A DNA stretch of 51,806 nt from an uncultured Oscillospiraceae bacterium (GTDB taxonomy: Bacteria; Bacillota; Clostridia; Oscillospirales; Oscillospiraceae). Positions 18,913 to 28,461 of the stretch are shown here, piece after piece. A program made the translations under genes and the position numbers. Position 1 is the stretch's first letter, and each line of letters opens with the position of its first letter. Below the pieces are notes generated by a model. It saw only the letters and a program-made list of their open reading frames with translations. It was not told the origin of the DNA and made no database searches. The stretch spans positions 1 to 51,806 of the forward strand of contig CAZUSM010000001.1 in NCBI GenBank assembly GCA_964623675.1. Reading direction: 5' to 3'.

Positions 18913-18955
18913 TAAAAAAATCACCCCGGAAGCCCTGCGCGGGGCTTCCGGGGTG
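18913..18955 (-). terminator. rho-independent terminator
   Basis: CACCCCGGAAGCCC (18922-18935) pairs with GGGCTTCCGGGGTG (18942-18955). A run of 7 T follows on the minus strand (A-run 18914-18920 on plus). Confidence 0.85.
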
Positions 18956-18972
18956 TTGCTTATTTTGCTTTC

Positions 18973-19140
18973 TCACACGTAGTGCTTTCTCGGAATCTTG
19001 TCGTAGTGCTTCAGTAGAATCGGCTCTACGAAGGTGGAGAGGAACTTCATGTCGAGATTGAAAAAGTAAATCGTGAACGTCACGGCGAAAAAGCCGCCGA
19101 TGCTGCCGAGGATTATCCCCGGTATTTTCATTTTTTTCAT
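18973..19140 (-). CDS. small (55 aa) predicted single-pass membrane protein, absent from the ORF track
   Basis: My translation is MKKMKIPGIILGSIGGFFAVTFTIYFFNLDMKFLSTFVEPILLKHYDKIPRKHYV*. GGAGGT lies 7 nt upstream of the ATG at 19140. It sits between the dehydratase-family gene and the strong terminator, 27 nt downstream of the preceding stop. Confidence 0.55.
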   Translation of the reverse strand: MKKMKIPGIILGSIGGFFAVTFTIYFFNLDMKFLSTFVEPILLKHYDKIPRKHYV

Positions 19141-19167
19141 GCAATTACCTCCAAATGGGCGAATATG

Positions 19168-20748
19168 TCACCATGCGTGTTCGTCGGGCAGGGACTCAAT
19201 CGACGGGTCAAGCGGCTCTTCGCGCATGACCGTGCGCATGTAGGTGTTGAACTGGTCGCGAATGGCCTGGCGGGAGTATACGCGCGGGTCGCACAAATCG
19301 TGGCAGACCCAAACGAGGTGAATCCCGCGCTCGCGCGCCTGCTCCTCAAAGTGCCCGTGCAGCCCGGCGAATGCCTTGCACGACATGTGCTCCCACATCA
19401 TCACCATGTCTGCGTTCATCTTTTCGCAGATTTCCCACAGCTCGTCGAGCAGCACCTTGTACCCGCCGTGGGTGCGGTTGCGCATGATCATGTTCATGGT
19501 CAGATACGCCATGTCGTAGTAGGCCTGTTCGCGGTTTTCGGGCGTGTCCTCCTCGGCAATCTCCTTGTCGATGACCATCGACAGCATGTCCGTCAGCGGC
19601 ACGACGCCCCAGCAGTGAATCATCCAGTTGAGCATGTCGATGACGTACTGCGGCTGCACGCCCCACACCACGCAGCGGTGGCGGTATTCCGGCGCCATCA
19701 TGGTCTTGCGCTCATAGCCCTGATGCACAAGGCGCATTATCTTTTTGTCAATCGGCGGGAAGAGGGGACTGCGCCCGCAGTTGCCCATGTAGTTGGTGTC
19801 ATTGTAAAGCGAGAACACAGCGCCCACAAACTGCGGATACGGCGTGCTGTTTATCTCCAGCCATTCCACGCGGTTGCGCGTGGTGTCGTTGACGCGCTTG
19901 GCGCACTCGAAGTATGCCTTCCAATCCCACTTTTCGCCCGTCTGCTCTTCGATGAAGGCAATGGCGTTTTTGATGTCATTGGCGGCGTATTCCTGCACGT
20001 CCTCCTCGCGGTGGCGCATGGGCGCGACCAGCTGGAACGTCGGAATGCCGTATTCGCGCTCCAGACGCTTGGCGATGACGCCGTTGCCCATGAGCGAGCC
20101 GTCGCACGTGGTGTTCACCTGCACCGCGCATTTGCCCAGCACGGGAAAGTCATCCTCGATGGATATGCCCGCCTCGACCTCCGGCATGGGGCACACGTCG
20201 CCCGGAATGCCGAACTGCTGCGCCACGTCGATGTAATGCGTGGCGGAGTACTGGTTGAGGAGGTTTGCCGAGAACATGGTGGGCACTTCGCGCAGAATGT
20301 CATTGAGCATGGGGAAGCCCATCATGAACGCCGTCATCGCGTTTTCGTCGGTCAGCACACAGCGCTCGGAGTATTTCACGTCGTTGCCGGTGTGCCTGTC
20401 GCCGCGCACGGAGTTTTGGATGCACGTGGCCACGTCCTTCACCACGAAGTCCATCGCCGTGTGCGTGATGCGCAGCGGCTCATCGCGCAAGCCCATCGTG
20501 AACTTATCCATCATGTGCGGCACGGCCAAATAGTTTGCAAACCAGCGATAGCGGAACATGGCCTTGATGTTGCGGGGCTTGATGATGACCCCGGCGAGAA
20601 TCGACATCAGGTAGAGCCACCGGGTGTAATCATAAAACGTGTCTTTCACGCCGCGCCATTCGCGGCGGCGGCGCACCTTGCCGTCATTGAACAACACGCC
20701 GAGGCTTTTTTCACCGGGGCGCTCTTTCGGATTTTTCACCAACGCCAT
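19168..20748 (-). CDS. 2-hydroxyacyl-CoA dehydratase / benzoyl-CoA reductase BcrC-BadD-HgdB-family protein (large subunit-like)
   Basis: 526-aa protein of the HGD-D-type family by general resemblance (Cys-containing segments ..GDVCPMPE.., ..VNTTCDGS..). The start ATG overlaps the upstream stop (TAATG), suggesting translational coupling. Confidence 0.7.
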   Translation of the reverse strand: MALVKNPKERPGEKSLGVLFNDGKVRRRREWRGVKDTFYDYTRWLYLMSILAGVIIKPRNIKAMFRYRWFANYLAVPHMMDKFTMGLRDEPLRITHTAMDFVVKDVATCIQNSVRGDRHTGNDVKYSERCVLTDENAMTAFMMGFPMLNDILREVPTMFSANLLNQYSATHYIDVAQQFGIPGDVCPMPEVEAGISIEDDFPVLGKCAVQVNTTCDGSLMGNGVIAKRLEREYGIPTFQLVAPMRHREEDVQEYAANDIKNAIAFIEEQTGEKWDWKAYFECAKRVNDTTRNRVEWLEINSTPYPQFVGAVFSLYNDTNYMGNCGRSPLFPPIDKKIMRLVHQGYERKTMMAPEYRHRCVVWGVQPQYVIDMLNWMIHCWGVVPLTDMLSMVIDKEIAEEDTPENREQAYYDMAYLTMNMIMRNRTHGGYKVLLDELWEICEKMNADMVMMWEHMSCKAFAGLHGHFEEQARERGIHLVWVCHDLCDPRVYSRQAIRDQFNTYMRTVMREEPLDPSIESLPDEHAW

Positions 20749-21944
20749 TATTTCGCACCTCCCTGAAGCTTCTTTATTTCAATGCTTTCCACAAAGGCCT
20801 GTACGCGCGTGCGCATCTGCCCGACGGACGTGGCGATGTTGTACGGTCTGTCCACGCTCATCACCGGGAAGCCGTAATCGTCCCTCAGCATCGTCGAGCC
20901 CATCAGCCGCTCATAAGCCCACGGGTCGCAGAATTTGATCTGCTGATAAATAATGCCGTCGGCGTTGTATTCAAGCGCGATGTCGTTGACGTATTGCTTG
21001 CGGCCGTACACCTTTTCCATGTTCATCTGCCGCGGGCACTGCCCGCGATAAACATACGCCCGGCAAAGCTGGGTCAGCGCGTCCTCGGTGTCGTTGAGCT
21101 CAATGACGTCCCGCCCCGGCAGTGACCCGAAGCAGAAGCGGTCGGCGCACACATAAGCGCCGGTTTCCTCGATGAGCTTGACAAAGCCGCCGTCGTCCAC
21201 CTCTGAGCCGACCAGCGCGATTCTCGCGCGGTAAGGCTTTTCCTCCGGCTCGCGCGCGCGCACTTCCTCCAGCGTCTCCTCCAGCTTGTCAATCAGCAGA
21301 TACTTCGGCGCGACGTAGGTGGCCAGCGTGATTGTGTGGAACTCATACCCCGTGATGCGCGGCCTCTCCTCCTTGCGGAATTCGCCAAGCTCGCGGATGA
21401 GGCGGCACACGTGGTTGTGCTCCTCCACGGCGCGTCTGATCGCCGCGTCGGACACGTCAATGCCGTATTTTTCGTGCAGGGGAGTGAGAATGTGGTTTTT
21501 GCACTGGAGCTTCAGCAGTTCCACGCCGTTGTCGTCGGCCTTCAGGGGGATTTCCATGTACTCGTGGAAGAATTTTTCGTTCCCCTTGCCCATGGTTTTC
21601 AACAGCTCCATGTTCTCCACGCACCGGTTGATCATCGTGCAGCCGTCCGGCGCGATGACGCAGTCGGCGAAGCTGAACCCGCCCTCGATTGCGCGCTCCA
21701 GCAGGGCGCGGCTCGTTTCGCACAGCAGGCTCGTCATGTAATAGGTCGCGATGTCCATCGACCCCGTGTTCGGCGCGGACAGACGGACGGAAAACGTTCC
21801 GCCCAGGTTCATCAAAGGCTCCGGCGTGTTCTCGCACACGAACGCGACGCAGACCTTGCCCTCGTTTTTCGCTTGCCATATCAGCTCGTTGCCCGACTCG
21901 CGCACGAGGTTTTCAAAATAGCTCAGGTGCTTCAGGTCTCTCAA
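20748..21944 (-). CDS. 2-hydroxyacyl-CoA dehydratase-family protein (second subunit-like)
   Basis: HGD-D family features (..CVAFVCENTPEPL.., ..ADCVIAPDGCTMINRC.., ..QQIKFCDPWAYE..). The ORF track starts at 22079. GGAGGT plus 6 nt supports the TTG start at 21944 (MRDLKHLSYFENL..). Confidence 0.72.
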   Translation of the reverse strand: MRDLKHLSYFENLVRESGNELIWQAKNEGKVCVAFVCENTPEPLMNLGGTFSVRLSAPNTGSMDIATYYMTSLLCETSRALLERAIEGGFSFADCVIAPDGCTMINRCVENMELLKTMGKGNEKFFHEYMEIPLKADDNGVELLKLQCKNHILTPLHEKYGIDVSDAAIRRAVEEHNHVCRLIRELGEFRKEERPRITGYEFHTITLATYVAPKYLLIDKLEETLEEVRAREPEEKPYRARIALVGSEVDDGGFVKLIEETGAYVCADRFCFGSLPGRDVIELNDTEDALTQLCRAYVYRGQCPRQMNMEKVYGRKQYVNDIALEYNADGIIYQQIKFCDPWAYERLMGSTMLRDDYGFPVMSVDRPYNIATSVGQMRTRVQAFVESIEIKKLQGGAK

Positions 21945-21993
21945 TTGCTTACCTCCGTTCCTTGTTAGAATAATCCCAAAATATGCTGATACA

Positions 21994-22022
21994 AATTTAT
22001 CATTACGCGTCCGATAAGTCAA
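21994..22022 (-). promoter_or_regulatory. candidate promoter of the dehydratase-family operon
   Basis: Minus strand reads TTGACT (22022-22017), 17 nt, then TAAATT (21999-21994). Confidence 0.4.
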
Positions 22023-22032
22023 CGGAAATTGA

Positions 22033-23490
<1,458 letters not shown>

Positions 23491-23518
23491 TATAAGAGCA
23501 CACCAAATAATATGCAAA

Positions 23519-23548
23519 CGCCCCGCCGAAAAATCGCGGGGCGCTTTC
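23519..23548 (+). terminator. terminator after eno
   Basis: CGCCCCGC (23519-23526) pairs with GCGGGGCG (23536-23543), followed by CTTTC. The T-tract is weak. Confidence 0.55.
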
Positions 23549-23623
23549 ATGTATAATATCCTCCATTGCAGGCAAGAATAGGAATGCAGACAAAAGATTT
23601 ACTGCAAATGGAGGTCAAAAACT

Positions 23624-24361
23624 ATGAACAGCAGCGACTCCGGCAAGAGGCTGGAGAGATTTTTCACGGGTAAGGGCTTTTACATAGTCCTTTTCCTCTG
23701 CGCCGCGGTTATCGGCGTTTCCGCATGGATGATGGCGGCAGGAAATGAGACTATGGCAAAAGACATCGTCACCGACGACTCGGCGCTTTATTCCAACAAG
23801 CGCGTCGAGACCGTCATAATCACCCCGACGGACAACCCCGTCACCGAGGCGGGCGCGTTGGACGGCAGCGCCGTCCCCGCGATGAACGACGGCGCGCTCG
23901 ACGCCGACAGCGCCGACGCCCAACTTGCCGAGGCGTTTGAGGAAACCGCGCCTATGTGGCTCTGGCCTGTCAGCGGCAGCGTCGAGCGCGGCCACAGCGT
24001 TGACGCGCTTGCTTATGACGTCACGCTCCGCGATTGGCGCACCCACGCCGGCCTCGACATCGACGCGCCCGACGGCAGCACCGTCACCGCCACGCGCGGC
24101 GGCACGGTCGAGAGCGTCGAGACAGATGACCTTTACGGCACCGTCGTCACCATCGACCACGGCGACGGCACCAAGGCCGTCTATGCCAGCCTCGCCCCCG
24201 AACCGCCCGTCGCCACGGGCGACAGTGTCGAGGCCGGGTATATCATCGGCGCGGTCGGCACGAGCGCGCTGGCCGAAGTCGGGCAGGGGAGTCACCTGCA
24301 CTTCGCCGTCTTTGCCGACGGCCAAAGCGTCGACCCGCTGCACTTCTTGCAAGCGGCATAA
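23624..24361 (+). CDS. membrane-anchored M23 (LytM-domain) peptidase-family protein, SpoIIQ-like architecture
   Basis: N-terminal TM (FYIVLFLCAAVIGVSAWMMAA) and a C-terminal LytM domain with HxxxD (HAGLDID) and HxH (HLHF) motifs. GGAGG RBS. Confidence 0.85.
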   Translation: MNSSDSGKRLERFFTGKGFYIVLFLCAAVIGVSAWMMAAGNETMAKDIVTDDSALYSNKRVETVIITPTDNPVTEAGALDGSAVPAMNDGALDADSADAQLAEAFEETAPMWLWPVSGSVERGHSVDALAYDVTLRDWRTHAGLDIDAPDGSTVTATRGGTVESVETDDLYGTVVTIDHGDGTKAVYASLAPEPPVATGDSVEAGYIIGAVGTSALAEVGQGSHLHFAVFADGQSVDPLHFLQAA

Positions 24362-24505
24362 TCAAACACAACAAGCGCCCGACTCAAACGAGCCGGGCGT
24401 TTGCCGCGTTAATAAGATGTAGAAGTGATGTATTGAACGGCAATCGGTTTTCAGAGCATCAGCCCCGGCGAAAGCCTTCGCAAAGGCATTGTCCTATTCT
24501 CCCGA

Positions 24506-24946
24506 TTATATTGCTTTTGCGACCTGATTTGCTTTTTCAACCGCTGTGAGGATGTTGCCGGAGGCTTCCGCGTCGCCCACGAGGTAAACGCTCTCGCCCA
24601 TGGTATCTTTCAGCTCGTCGTACACCGTCTGCATGGGCTTGAGCCCGATGGAGATTATCACGGTGTCGGCCTCAATGTCGTGCTCGCCGAGCTTCTTGGT
24701 CTTCACGCGCTCAAAGCCCATGACCTTTGAGCGCGTGAACACGTGGATGTTTGCCTTGCTTTCAAAGGCTTCAACCATGAATTGCTCATTGGGCGGGGCG
24801 GGCTGAATCTCGCCGCCGGTCATGATGCCTTGGCTCATTTCAATCACGCTGATGTCCTTTGCCTCGTCCTCGCTCAGCCACAGCGCCACTTCACAGCCTA
24901 CCCACTCACCGTCGACAATTATTTGACAGAAGCGGTAAAAACCAAC
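24506..24946 (-). pseudogene. 3'-terminal remnant of an FAD/NAD(P)-dependent oxidoreductase (enoate-/2,4-dienoyl-CoA-reductase-like C-terminal domain)
   Basis: Only about 147 codons remain, open to an in-frame TAA at 24947-24949. The stretch ..IIVDGEWVGCEVALWLSEDEAKDISVIEM.. aligns with the second Rossmann GxGxxG strand-helix, but two Gly are replaced (DGEWVG). The N-terminal ~3/4 of such enzymes is absent and there is no RBS at the GTG at 24889. Confidence 0.7.
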
Positions 24947-25138
24947 TTATTGAAACAGGGCAGTTCTCACGTTCAATATCTGATGGAAAGTGTGAAAGAC
25001 AGCACTACCTATGTCCGCAATATCAAGTAATATCTCTTGGAAACGCTTTATAATGCCCCTCCACTATAAACAACTCTTATTTGTCTCTGAACTCTCATGA
25101 TCTCTACAGAGATGGAAATCGCGGGCGTGAATAAACAA

Positions 25139-25167
25139 ACGGTGCATAACGAACTATTATGCACCGT
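25139..25167 (-). terminator. terminator of the R-M operon
   Basis: ACGGTGCATAA (25139-25149) pairs with TTATGCACCGT (25157-25167). On the minus strand it is followed by TTGTTTATT. It begins 8 nt after the nuclease-gene stop. Confidence 0.75.
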
Positions 25168-25174
25168 AAAAGAA

Positions 25175-26251
25175 TTATGCAGGCAAAACAATCTGCTGTC
25201 CGAACCTCAAGTCTTCTTGTGTAGGCAGAATTGCTAATTTTACCGTTTCTATTTTCGCAACATTTACCAACGCTTTTTCGTAGTCAACAGTTTGACAATG
25301 GATATACATAAACAATCCTTTGGCATTGGTGCAAATTTTGACGCATCTCTCGCCATTTTCGTTCATATACACGCGGTAAATGTAATATTTGCAATCAGTA
25401 GAAGTTGCAAAATTGATTTCCTGGCTACTAAAAATCATTTTCTGGGCGAATTTATAATTGGTGGTTTTTACATCAAGGTATATAATTTCACCCGCTTTGG
25501 TCTCAAAATAGAAATCATAGGGCATCCCGCTTTCTCTTTCCTCGTTGAGCCATTTATAGTTGACAATCTCACCTGTTTCTTTTAATTTGGCAAAATGACG
25601 CTCAATAAGGAACTCGCCTTCTTTGCCGATTTTAGCAAAAATCTCACGAGCTTTATTCATATCGTATTCGCGATACTTTTTAGGAGCAACAGCAGTAGTT
25701 TGTGCAATTACTTCCAATTCTTCTGCTATTCTCGCGCCTGTTTCGTTTACGATTTTCTCTAAATATTCTAACAGAGGGGTGAACTGAGGGGCTTGTTCCG
25801 TAATACGATTTTTTATCCCTTCCCTTAACTCAATACCTAACAATGCCGTCTCTCTGTATGTGTTAGAATTTTCATTAAAAAGGAAAAACACGGGCTGACC
25901 GCCTTTTAGCCCAAACCAAAAGAGATACCATCGAACATTATCAGCATATTCTTTGGCGCGATCTCTGATGAAGGTAACAACGCTAACTTCGTTCTTTTCG
26001 CCTTTTCTAATCTTCGGGCTTCTAAATGAGCCGTCGGGATTTTCGATTCTATCAAAATTTAAAGGCAGAAACTCAACTGCGTTGTTATAAATGAGCATAC
26101 TATCTTCTATCTCAAAACTATTTGGCAAATATGTAAATACATCGCCAAACAAGCCAATGTGCGTCTGATTAGACGTTTTACTCCGTCCTAAATCTGCATC
26201 GGTTAATTGCTTATATGCAATTATTTTTTCGTTGTGAAGTTCAAAAAACAC
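25175..26251 (-). CDS. putative restriction endonuclease: N-terminal B3/EcoRII-N-like DNA-binding region plus C-terminal DUF3883-type PD-(D/E)XK nuclease domain
   Basis: The C-terminus GKEGEFLIERHF..GMPYDFYFET..GEIIYLDVKTT..IFSSQEINFA..YYIYRVY matches the DUF3883 (E..D..(D/E)VK) pattern. GTG start at 26251 with GAGGTGAT RBS. It is the last gene of the operon, after two C5-MTases. Confidence 0.65.
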   Translation of the reverse strand: MFFELHNEKIIAYKQLTDADLGRSKTSNQTHIGLFGDVFTYLPNSFEIEDSMLIYNNAVEFLPLNFDRIENPDGSFRSPKIRKGEKNEVSVVTFIRDRAKEYADNVRWYLFWFGLKGGQPVFFLFNENSNTYRETALLGIELREGIKNRITEQAPQFTPLLEYLEKIVNETGARIAEELEVIAQTTAVAPKKYREYDMNKAREIFAKIGKEGEFLIERHFAKLKETGEIVNYKWLNEERESGMPYDFYFETKAGEIIYLDVKTTNYKFAQKMIFSSQEINFATSTDCKYYIYRVYMNENGERCVKICTNAKGLFMYIHCQTVDYEKALVNVAKIETVKLAILPTQEDLRFGQQIVLPA

Positions 26252-26257
26252 TTATCA

Positions 26258-27325
26258 TCACCTCAATTTCAAATGAACAAATAAATAGTAAAAGATGGCG
26301 TACACAGTATTGACGCTAACGGCATTTCCCGCTTGTTTATAAAGCTGCGCATTGCTTACCCCTGCTGAAGCAGCTTTTTCAAAACATTCTGCCGAAAATC
26401 CTTGTAACAGAAATGCCTCCTTCGGCGTTATTTTGCGAATACGTTGTTTGCAAAGTTCTTCCTTCGTATAAGAGGTTTCTAAGTATGCAACGGGATCTAC
26501 GGCTTGAATATACCCATCACTAAAATAGTTATCTTGGCAAGCGCGGTGCATTTTTACCATAGTTGCAGTTAAGGGTTTTGCGATCAGTGGGTTAATTTCA
26601 GACTTTGAATGATATGTTTTCGTCCCATTTGACAAAATGGTTGGTTTAATTGTCTCGGAAAGATAGAATTTCTCACTCACTGTTTTTTCCAAGATATCGT
26701 GTGTAGATTGCTGCATTAAAAGAGAGGTATCTTTCATCACGTTAGAAAAAACACTTTTTACGACTTTGCTAGTAAAGCTGAATCCCTCAATTTCTTCTGT
26801 TGTTGCCAAAATAAATACTCTATTCCGCTTTTGAGCTAATCCAAAATCCTCGGTATTAAAGATATCGAAATAGATATTTTTATACCCGCAATTCTTTAAC
26901 GACGCCAAAATATATGCAAAGGTTTGTCCGTTATTATGTGTCTTCAGATTACGCACATTTTCCAACAACACATATTTAGGCTTTGTTCTTTTTAGAATTT
27001 CAAGAATTTGAAAAAATACATTTCCACGCATATCCTCAAATCCTTTTTGCTTTCCCATCATGCTAAAGGCCTGGCAGGGAAACCCACCGGTCAGCAAATC
27101 AATTTTAGGAAGGGAGAGTATGTTTTCCTCGTCTTGATTAAAGGCAACTATGTCTCCCATTTCAAGCTCATGCTCTGTATTGTAGATAGCTTTGTAGGAT
27201 TTAACTGCACTTGAATCAATTTCGGAAAAAGCAATCGTTGCTTGAGGAATATCAAAATCCTCACTTAGCAAGGTTAAGGCTTGTCTGAATCCACCTATGC
27301 CTGCAAACAATTCTAAATGGTTCAT
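26258..27325 (-). CDS. DNA (cytosine-5)-methyltransferase (second of two)
   Basis: Motif I ELFAGIGGF, IV GGFPCQAFS, VI LLENVRNL, VIII QKRNRVFI, IX ITPKEAFLLQGF, X AGNAVSV. The start overlaps the upstream MTase stop (ATGA). Confidence 0.95.
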   Translation of the reverse strand: MNHLELFAGIGGFRQALTLLSEDFDIPQATIAFSEIDSSAVKSYKAIYNTEHELEMGDIVAFNQDEENILSLPKIDLLTGGFPCQAFSMMGKQKGFEDMRGNVFFQILEILKRTKPKYVLLENVRNLKTHNNGQTFAYILASLKNCGYKNIYFDIFNTEDFGLAQKRNRVFILATTEEIEGFSFTSKVVKSVFSNVMKDTSLLMQQSTHDILEKTVSEKFYLSETIKPTILSNGTKTYHSKSEINPLIAKPLTATMVKMHRACQDNYFSDGYIQAVDPVAYLETSYTKEELCKQRIRKITPKEAFLLQGFSAECFEKAASAGVSNAQLYKQAGNAVSVNTVYAIFYYLFVHLKLR

Positions 27326-28461
27326 AAGTATTTGATAATCTCCTCCCCGATAACTTGCGCTAATTTCACAGGAACAGCATTCCCGATCTGCTTATACCAA
27401 CTGTTTTGAGGTCCGAAAAAAACAAAATCATCAGGAAATGTCTGTATCCTTGCGGCTTCACGGGGGGACAAGCCTCGTGCCTGTGTTGGATGAATATACA
27501 TATTACAGTCGAATCTCATATGTGAAGTAATGGTCTTGCAAACATCATTGAAACGCAACTTGAAATATTTGTCTTTAAATATGCCGTTGCGGGATTTATA
27601 TGGCATAATATCTGCAATACATTCGTGCAACGAATTTGCACCTTGCGGCAGCCGAGTAAATATTTCTATATCTCTGTCATTGTTGTACCTGTTTTTGTGA
27701 TTATACAGATAATCAATTTTTCTTTCACCATTAATAAACGAATAAAACGGAGTAGCCGCATACGAATACTCTATACGGGTATATCCTGTCCCGGCGCATT
27801 CGCTTTTGTTATTATTCTTTATCCGGTTCGGCTCTAATTGAGGCAGATCGGCTATAGCGTCATATAAAGTAAATCTTGGCGTTGTAGTTTCTCTATTGTG
27901 GATTTCTTCGATTATTTGTTTAGATGAAACACCAATTCGATTGCCAATTAAAAATACCCTCTCACGATTTTGAGGGACACCAAAATTCTTAGCATTGAAA
28001 ACATCAAAAAAAACATCGTATTCTTGTCCGAGATATTCTTTTATATCAGCTAATATTTCATCAGTTTTATTCAACATCCCCTTTACATTTTCCATAACAA
28101 AAAACTTGGGACGAGAATTTTTCAAAAAAACCAAATATTCTTTGTACAGAACGTTTCTCGGGTCGTTTATCAAGCGCTGTCTATTGGCTGTAGAAAAGCC
28201 TTGACAAGGGGGACCACCACACACTAAAGCTACATTAGCAAATTGTTTAGCAAATTCAGAGTATCTGCGATTTAATTCTGCAATATCGCCTACAAACATT
28301 TTATCCGCGCCTAGCGCCCTGTTTGCTAAATATGTTTGCGAGCAGATGGGATCAATGTCGCTTGCGAATGCAACTTGAAATCCCGCTTGTTCCATTCCCA
28401 AACTCAATCCACCACATCCTGCAAATAAATCAACAAAGTTATTCTTCATCTGTATCACCAT
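27322..28461 (-). CDS. DNA (cytosine-5)-methyltransferase (first of two)
   Basis: Motif I DLFAGCGGLS, IV GGPPCQGFS, VI VMENVKGM, VIII QNRERVFLIG, IX LSPREAARIQTFPDDF, X IGNAVPV. Alternative start at ATG 28449. Confidence 0.95.
   Translation of the reverse strand: MVIQMKNNFVDLFAGCGGLSLGMEQAGFQVAFASDIDPICSQTYLANRALGADKMFVGDIAELNRRYSEFAKQFANVALVCGGPPCQGFSTANRQRLINDPRNVLYKEYLVFLKNSRPKFFVMENVKGMLNKTDEILADIKEYLGQEYDVFFDVFNAKNFGVPQNRERVFLIGNRIGVSSKQIIEEIHNRETTTPRFTLYDAIADLPQLEPNRIKNNNKSECAGTGYTRIEYSYAATPFYSFINGERKIDYLYNHKNRYNNDRDIEIFTRLPQGANSLHECIADIMPYKSRNGIFKDKYFKLRFNDVCKTITSHMRFDCNMYIHPTQARGLSPREAARIQTFPDDFVFFGPQNSWYKQIGNAVPVKLAQVIGEEIIKYL

Noticed and set aside
19165-20766. 533-aa plus-strand ORF opposite the dehydratase-family gene, and similar long antisense ORFs (2603-3961, 4028-5155, 7573-8643, 22045-23550, 37481-38860, 46323-47390)
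   Set aside because: All overlap well-supported genes on the other strand. They show low-complexity G/A/R/V composition and lack SD sequences.
24915-25030. Plus-strand reading DNYLTEAVKTNLLKQGSSHVQYLMESVKDSTTYVRNIK* at the island's left end, a possible C-terminal gene fragment
   Set aside because: It is the tail of an ORF whose upstream part is antisense to the oxidoreductase remnant. It has no start or RBS of its own and I cannot assign it to a family. It could be a relic, but this is unsupported.
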